Translations under genes and position numbers: made by a program
Shown here: one piece after another, positions 59,088 to 64,000 of the stretch
Layout of the letters: every line of letters starts with the position of its first letter
Position numbering within the stretch: the stretch's first letter is position 1
The notes under the pieces: model-generated
Seen by the model: only the letters and a program-made list of their open reading frames with translations
Told to the model about the DNA's origin: nothing
Database searches by the model: none
Assembly (NCBI GenBank): GCA_963851265.1
Contig: CAWKNZ010000003.1
Location: forward strand, 32,001 to 96,000
Direction of reading: 5' to 3'
From: an uncultured Gemmatimonadales bacterium
Lineage (GTDB): Bacteria > Gemmatimonadota > Gemmatimonadetes > Gemmatimonadales > Gemmatimonadaceae
Length of the DNA stretch: 64,000 nt

Positions 59088-60376
59088 GCCACGCGCCCCA
59101 CACCGGCGACTCACGCGCAGCCACCTCCGAGACCGCACAGGTCCCCTGCCCGCTCGCCCTCACCCTCGCCGGCCGACTCCGCGACGCGCGCGACGACCTC
59201 ACCGCACGCTGGCTCGAGCGAATCACTCAGCGGGTCGCGCTCGACGCGAACCGCGTCTTCCCCACCGACGAACTGCTCGACCACGTCCCGCTCCTGCTCG
59301 CCGGCGTCGCCGACTACATCGAGAGCCCGGGCGCCGCGGTCCAGGCCGACTCGGCCGTCATGGCGAAGGCCATGGAGTTAGGCGCACTCCGCCACTCGCA
59401 GGGCTTCGACGCCTACGAGGTGCTGAAGGAGTACGAGATCCTCGGCGGCATCGTCTTCGCCTACCTCACCACCGTCGTCGACCAGATCCCCGAGGAGTGC
59501 TCGCGCGCGGAGCTGTTCGTGTGCGCGCACCGCGTGTTCCACGCGATCACCCTCATCCAGCAAGCGACCACCGTCCAGTTCCTGCAGCGCACCACCGAGC
59601 GCCTGCACGAGCGCGACGAGCGCCTGCGCGCCTTCAACCGCACGCTCGCCCACGAGTTCCGCAACCGCATCGGCGCGGCCTCGGGCGCGGCCCAGCTGTT
59701 AGGCCTCGTCGAACTTCCCGAGACCGACCGGCGCGCGATGGCCGACGTGGTCGTGCGCAACGTCGACGGGATGCGCGCCACGCTCGAGAACCTGCTCGAG
59801 CTCTCGCGCATGGGCCAGGCCGACACTCGGCAGCAGCGCCACGTGCTGCTCCCGCGCGCCGCCGCCGAGGTGGCGCGCTCGCTCCGCGACTTCGCCGCCG
59901 CGCACCGCGTCGACGTGCGCGTCGACGCGCTCCCCGACGTCGAAGTCAACGCGGCCGCCGTCGAGCTCTGCCTCACGAACCTCGTCTCCAACGCCGTCAA
60001 GTACGCCGACCCCGCCAAGCCCGTCCGCTGGGTTGTCGTCGACGGCGAGCTCGCCTCCGACGCCGACGAGGGCCGCGAGGTGGTCATCCGCGTCCGCGAC
60101 AACGGCCTCGGCGTCCCCGAGCCGCAGCGCGAGGGGCTCTTCCGCCGCTTCTTCCGCGCCCACGAGCACTCCGCCTCGCACGTCGAGGGCACCGGCCTCG
60201 GCCTCAGCATCGTCCGCGAGACCGTGCGTGCGTTAGGCGGCCGCGTCTGGGCCGAGTTCCCCGACGTGGGTACCGTCTTCGCCTTCGCCCTCCCCGCGCG
60301 CCGCGGGACCGACCGCTCTCCCGCCGCTGCCGCCCCCACCGCTGCCGCCCCTGCCGCGGGCGACCCCGCAGCGTGA
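59084..60376 (+). CDS. Soluble histidine kinase with RsbRD-like N-terminal helical domain
   Basis: ATGA overlap; RWLERI, LLDHVP, LG.LRHSQGF; HEFRN, NLVSNAVKY, DNGLGV, GTGLGL. Confidence 0.9.
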   Translation: MSHAPHTGDSRAATSETAQVPCPLALTLAGRLRDARDDLTARWLERITQRVALDANRVFPTDELLDHVPLLLAGVADYIESPGAAVQADSAVMAKAMELGALRHSQGFDAYEVLKEYEILGGIVFAYLTTVVDQIPEECSRAELFVCAHRVFHAITLIQQATTVQFLQRTTERLHERDERLRAFNRTLAHEFRNRIGAASGAAQLLGLVELPETDRRAMADVVVRNVDGMRATLENLLELSRMGQADTRQQRHVLLPRAAAEVARSLRDFAAAHRVDVRVDALPDVEVNAAAVELCLTNLVSNAVKYADPAKPVRWVVVDGELASDADEGREVVIRVRDNGLGVPEPQREGLFRRFFRAHEHSASHVEGTGLGLSIVRETVRALGGRVWAEFPDVGTVFAFALPARRGTDRSPAAAAPTAAAPAAGDPAA

Positions 60377-60837
60377 GCGGCATCACCTGGCGTGTCGCCG
60401 CGTTCCACGACCTCTCCCTCGGCGACCTGTACGCCGCGCTCCAGCTCCGCTCCCTCGTCTTCGTCGTCGAGCAGACGTGCCCCTTCCTCGACCTCGACGG
60501 CGACGACGACCGCGCCTGGCACCTGCTCGGCTGGCATGAGCGCGACGGCGGCCCGCGGCTCGCCGCGTACGCCCGCCTCTTCGCCCCGGGCATCAAGTAC
60601 GCCGAAGCCTCCATCGGCCGCGTCGTCACCCACCCCGACGTCCGCCGATCCGGCGCCGGCCGCGCCCTCATGGCAGAGGCCATCGCTCGGTTAGGCACCC
60701 TCGCCCCGGGTGCCCCCGTCCGCATCGGCGCGCAGAAATACCTCGAGCAGTTCTACGCCCGATTCGGCTTCACCCGCGCCGGCGACGACTACCTGGAAGA
60801 CGGCATCGTCCACCTCGAGATGACGCGCCCCGCGTAA
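60373..60837 (+). CDS. elaA: ElaA-like GNAT acetyltransferase
   Basis: LRSLVFVVEQTCP.DLDG, IGRVVT, IGAQ.YL..FY, YLEDGIVH. Confidence 0.9.
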   Translation: MSGITWRVAAFHDLSLGDLYAALQLRSLVFVVEQTCPFLDLDGDDDRAWHLLGWHERDGGPRLAAYARLFAPGIKYAEASIGRVVTHPDVRRSGAGRALMAEAIARLGTLAPGAPVRIGAQKYLEQFYARFGFTRAGDDYLEDGIVHLEMTRPA

Positions 60838-60878
60838 GCCTCGAACGCCGGGCGGGGCCTATCGGCCGCCGACCACCC

Positions 60879-62096
60879 TCACGGCCGCGCGCCCTCCTCC
60901 CCGAACACGAGGTCGTCGACCCCGCCATCGCCGGGCCGCATCTGCGCGTCCGGCTCCCCGCCGCGCCCCGCGATCCGCGCCAACACCGGCGGCGCCATGA
61001 AGGTCGTCGCGAGCACCATCAGGGCCACGGCACTGAACAACGCGGGCGACAGGGCGTGACTCGCCAGCCCCGCCTGCGCGAAGATCAACCCCACTTCCCC
61101 GCGCGGAATCATCGCCGCCCCGATCAGCGACTTGCGCCCACGGAACCACACCGGCGCATACCCGGCGAGGAACTTCCCCACCACCCCCGTCGCGACCAGC
61201 GCCGCCCCGACGGCGAGCGTCTGCGGGTCGCCTAACGTTCGGACGTCCACCGACGCACCGACCGCGGCGAAGAACACCGGCACCACGAGGTGCCCGACCG
61301 TCGTCGTCGCCTGCTCGACCTCCGCACGCTGCGGCGTCTCGTGCAGCACGAGTCCCGCGGCGAACGCGCCGATGATCGTCGCCGACCCGACCCCCTCGGC
61401 GAGCCACGCCAGCGCGAACGCGAACGCCAGCCCGACCACCACCAGCGTCCCGGGCGCCTGCATCCGCGCCGCGGCGCGGAACATCGGCGGCGCGAGCAAC
61501 CGACCGAGCAGCAGCGCGCCCGCGATGAACCCCGCGGCGACCGCCGTCGTCCGCGCGACCAGCAACACGCCGACGCCCGCGCCCGCCACCACCGCGCCCA
61601 CCACGGCGAGGATCACGAGCCCCACCACGTCGTCGAGCACCGCCGCGCCTAACACTACCTGGCCTTCCGGCGTTTCCAGCTGGCCGAGGTCGCTCAGCAC
61701 CCGCGCCGAGATCCCGATCGACGTGGCCGAGAGCGACGCGGCCGCGACCACCGCGGCGAGCGGCGGCAACCCGAGCGCGGTCACCGCCGCGTAGCCCATC
61801 ACGCACGGCAGCGCGACGCCTACCAGCGCCACCGTCGTCGCCGCACCGCCCACGCGCACCAGCGCCCGCAGGTCGGTTTCCAGCCCGATCTCGAACAACA
61901 GCACGAGCACGCCGATCTGCGACAGCGCGTGGATCACCGGGTCCGCCGGATCGAGAACCCGGAGCAACGACCCGCCGAGCAGCACGCCCGCAACGAGCTC
62001 GCCCAGCACTGCGGGTTGTCCGAAGCGCTGGGCGAGGGCCCCGAGCAATTTGGTCGCGACGAGAAGGGCGACGAGCGCGCCGAGCAGGTGGTGCAT
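60879..62096 (-). CDS. CPA2 cation:proton antiporter (NapA/KefB-like)
   Basis: QPAVLGE, LFEIGLE, ATSIGI, AAVLDD, PVFF, MIPRGEV. Confidence 0.93.
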   Translation of the reverse strand: MHHLLGALVALLVATKLLGALAQRFGQPAVLGELVAGVLLGGSLLRVLDPADPVIHALSQIGVLVLLFEIGLETDLRALVRVGGAATTVALVGVALPCVMGYAAVTALGLPPLAAVVAAASLSATSIGISARVLSDLGQLETPEGQVVLGAAVLDDVVGLVILAVVGAVVAGAGVGVLLVARTTAVAAGFIAGALLLGRLLAPPMFRAAARMQAPGTLVVVGLAFAFALAWLAEGVGSATIIGAFAAGLVLHETPQRAEVEQATTTVGHLVVPVFFAAVGASVDVRTLGDPQTLAVGAALVATGVVGKFLAGYAPVWFRGRKSLIGAAMIPRGEVGLIFAQAGLASHALSPALFSAVALMVLATTFMAPPVLARIAGRGGEPDAQMRPGDGGVDDLVFGEEGARP

Positions 62097-62168
62097 GCCG
62101 GAACGCTAACCCGGCCGGCCGCCCCCTTCTACCACGGCCGCGGGTGCAGAAACCGCCGAGTGCCGCGC

Positions 62169-63650
62169 CTACCGCGAACGCGGCGTGCCGATCCGCGCCG
62201 GCGCGACCGGCGCGTCCAGCGGACCCCGCCCGAGCACGTTCCCGCCGTTCGTGACCGGTACCGCGACCGGAGCGGCGTTGACGGGCGACACGCGCGAGGT
62301 TCCGACCGGCTCGCGCGCGCTGTCACCGTTGCTCACGCCGTTGCCACTCTCGCCGGCACCCGCGTCGCCGAGCACGTTCGCGCGCGTCACGAGCTGCGCG
62401 GCGAGCACGGTCTGGATCACGCCGGTGATGCTCTGCGTCGCCGAATCCGGAGCGCTGCGCCCGTCGCTCGACACGGTCACCAGCCGTGCCGCCGCCAGGG
62501 CCCGCGCGATGGCCGGCGCGACCTGCGGCACGAGCTCGATCTGCCGGTAGCGGAAGTACGCTTCCCCGCCCGCCTCGATGGCCTCGTTCACCTTCTGAAT
62601 GCTCTCGGCCTGCGCGGCCGCGACCGTCGTGATCCGGATCGCCTCCGCCTGCGCCGCGGCCTGCGCCTCGATGCGCACGCGCTCCGCGTCCGCCCGCGCC
62701 TGCGCGATTTGCGTCGCGTCCAGCTCGGCCGTCCGCTGCACCGCGAGCGCGTCCTGCTTCTTCGCCTCGGCCTGCGCGATGAGCGCCGCGTTGGCGGCGC
62801 GCGTCTGCTCCAACTCGCGCTGCTTGTCCGAGATCGCGCGGTCCGCCTCGAGCTGCGCCTCGCGCGCACGCCGCGTCTGGTTGGCCGCGACGATTTCCGC
62901 GTTCGCCTGCGCCTCGGCCGCGCTCTGGCGTCGCCGCGCGTCGGCGACCTCGCTCTGGACCACCTTGATGTTGAGCGAATTGAAGATCAGCCCCAGGTCG
63001 GTCAGCTCGCGCGAGCACGCCTTGCGGATGATCACCGCGAGCGGGTCGTCGTCGTCCTCGACGGCCGCGACCGCACCCGCGGCCGAGGGCACGACCTCCA
63101 TTCCTCCGAGCGTCGTGAGCGCACCGCCGCCCGCCGAGAGCATCGCCGGCGCGCTCGGTGCGGGCAACGTGCGCACCGGCGCCGTTTTGGCCGAGAACAG
63201 CTGGTCGTGCGTGAGCAGGTTGATCGCGCGACGCCCCGAACTCGAGAGCAGGTCGGTGAGCGTGCTCACCTGGTCCCCCTCGCCCTTCGAGAAGAAACGG
63301 TTCGCCGCGGTCTTGATCAGCGTGTCCGTGTCGCCGACCGAGACGATCGCGCTCGCGAGCACGCGCACCTTGATCGGCCGCGGTACGCCGGCGTCGTCCA
63401 CGTCCGCAGTCTGGTCGGTGATGTCGAGGTCGACGTTGATGACCTTCGACGAGATGGTGGTCCCGGTCGTGAGCAGCGGGATCTCCTTGCTCTTGCCCGG
63501 GCCACGGTAGATGACGGTCCCCCCGTGCAGCCAGCTCACGAGGCGGATCTCGCCCGCCTCCACGTTGCGCAGGAACGACGCGACGACGAGCGGCACGAGC
63601 AGAAACACGGCCGCGATGACGATGACGATGACGACGGCGGACGACAGCAT
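62169..63650 (-). CDS. Flotillin-like SPFH domain protein
   Basis: N-terminal TM; SPFH core (AANRF, ELTDLGL..NSLNI); AEA/AQA coiled coil. Confidence 0.85.
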   Translation of the reverse strand: MLSSAVVIVIVIAAVFLLVPLVVASFLRNVEAGEIRLVSWLHGGTVIYRGPGKSKEIPLLTTGTTISSKVINVDLDITDQTADVDDAGVPRPIKVRVLASAIVSVGDTDTLIKTAANRFFSKGEGDQVSTLTDLLSSSGRRAINLLTHDQLFSAKTAPVRTLPAPSAPAMLSAGGGALTTLGGMEVVPSAAGAVAAVEDDDDPLAVIIRKACSRELTDLGLIFNSLNIKVVQSEVADARRRQSAAEAQANAEIVAANQTRRAREAQLEADRAISDKQRELEQTRAANAALIAQAEAKKQDALAVQRTAELDATQIAQARADAERVRIEAQAAAQAEAIRITTVAAAQAESIQKVNEAIEAGGEAYFRYRQIELVPQVAPAIARALAAARLVTVSSDGRSAPDSATQSITGVIQTVLAAQLVTRANVLGDAGAGESGNGVSNGDSAREPVGTSRVSPVNAAPVAVPVTNGGNVLGRGPLDAPVAPARIGTPRSR

Positions 63651-63708
63651 GTGAGATAGAGGAAGTGGAGGGGGAAGGTTCGGGAGGAGGGAGAAACGTG
63701 CGGCAGCG

Positions 63709-63999
63709 TCACCCGGGCCCGGCGACCGACACGATGCAGCGGTTCCGCTCCGCGTCGACCTCCTCGACCCGCAGGCGGTCGCCCAGGCGTACGCGGCGCT
63801 CCTGGTCCGCCGGGCACAGTCGACCGAGCAGCTGCACGACCTGGCCGTCCAGCTCGAGCGCCACGAGCCCTTCGCCGCGCGCGTCGAAGCCACTCGCCGC
63901 GCGCGCGTGGTCGTACAGCGCGGTTTCCAACGTCTGCGCCGGCGCCGACGCGAACCGCTCGACGAATCGCCACATCGGCGACACCGCCGCACGCTCGAA
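63709..63999 (-). CDS. NfeD-like OB-fold partner of flotillin (5' end beyond window)
   Basis: GEGLVALELDGQVVQL..GDRLRVEEVD; directly upstream of the flotillin gene. Confidence 0.6.
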   Translation of the reverse strand, partial: FERAAVSPMWRFVERFASAPAQTLETALYDHARAASGFDARGEGLVALELDGQVVQLLGRLCPADQERRVRLGDRLRVEEVDAERNRCIVSVAGPG

Positions 64000-64000
64000 C

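Noticed and set aside
94..63992. Many long overlapping Arg/Ala/Pro-rich ORFs (e.g. 2250-5312, 14215-16551, 17337-19922, 26623-28959, 51011-53668)
   Set aside because: Shadow frames of real genes caused by stop-codon scarcity at high GC; no family motifs.

Overview
Very GC-rich (roughly 75% by eye), gene-dense bacterial chromosome segment of about 50 CDS, most consistent with Gemmatimonadota (inferred from gene content and style, not proven). No rRNA, tRNA, CRISPR array or intact mobile element was found. Main point of interest: an envelope locus at about 7.9-34 kb. It has two ECF sigma/anti-sigma pairs, an ATPase-less MacAB-TolC-type exporter and three free-standing Spy/CpxP (LTxxQ) proteins. 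It also has two paralogous Oar-type TonB-dependent-receptor-like barrels whose last beta-strand is followed by a Spy/CpxP-like helical tail. Five intergenic, correctly oriented copies of a TAAACG-N16-CGT ECF-type promoter link the locus, and a second motif, GTAGGGG-N15-GTGTGT, flanks the FecI-like sigma. Other observations: an over-represented heptamer GTTAGGC (28 copies by eye, in several reading frames); a TIGR03916 radical SAM gene next to a TIGR03915 protein fused to a degenerate DUF72 domain; a broken TipA-like MerR gene behind an intact tipA-type promoter, next to an IS630 remnant; an RsbQ/KAI2-like hydrolase coupled to a multi-PAS diguanylate cyclase; and a GH18-CE4-GT2 / mprF / acvB surface-modification run. 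All family calls are by motif recognition, without database searches, and several start codons are best guesses.
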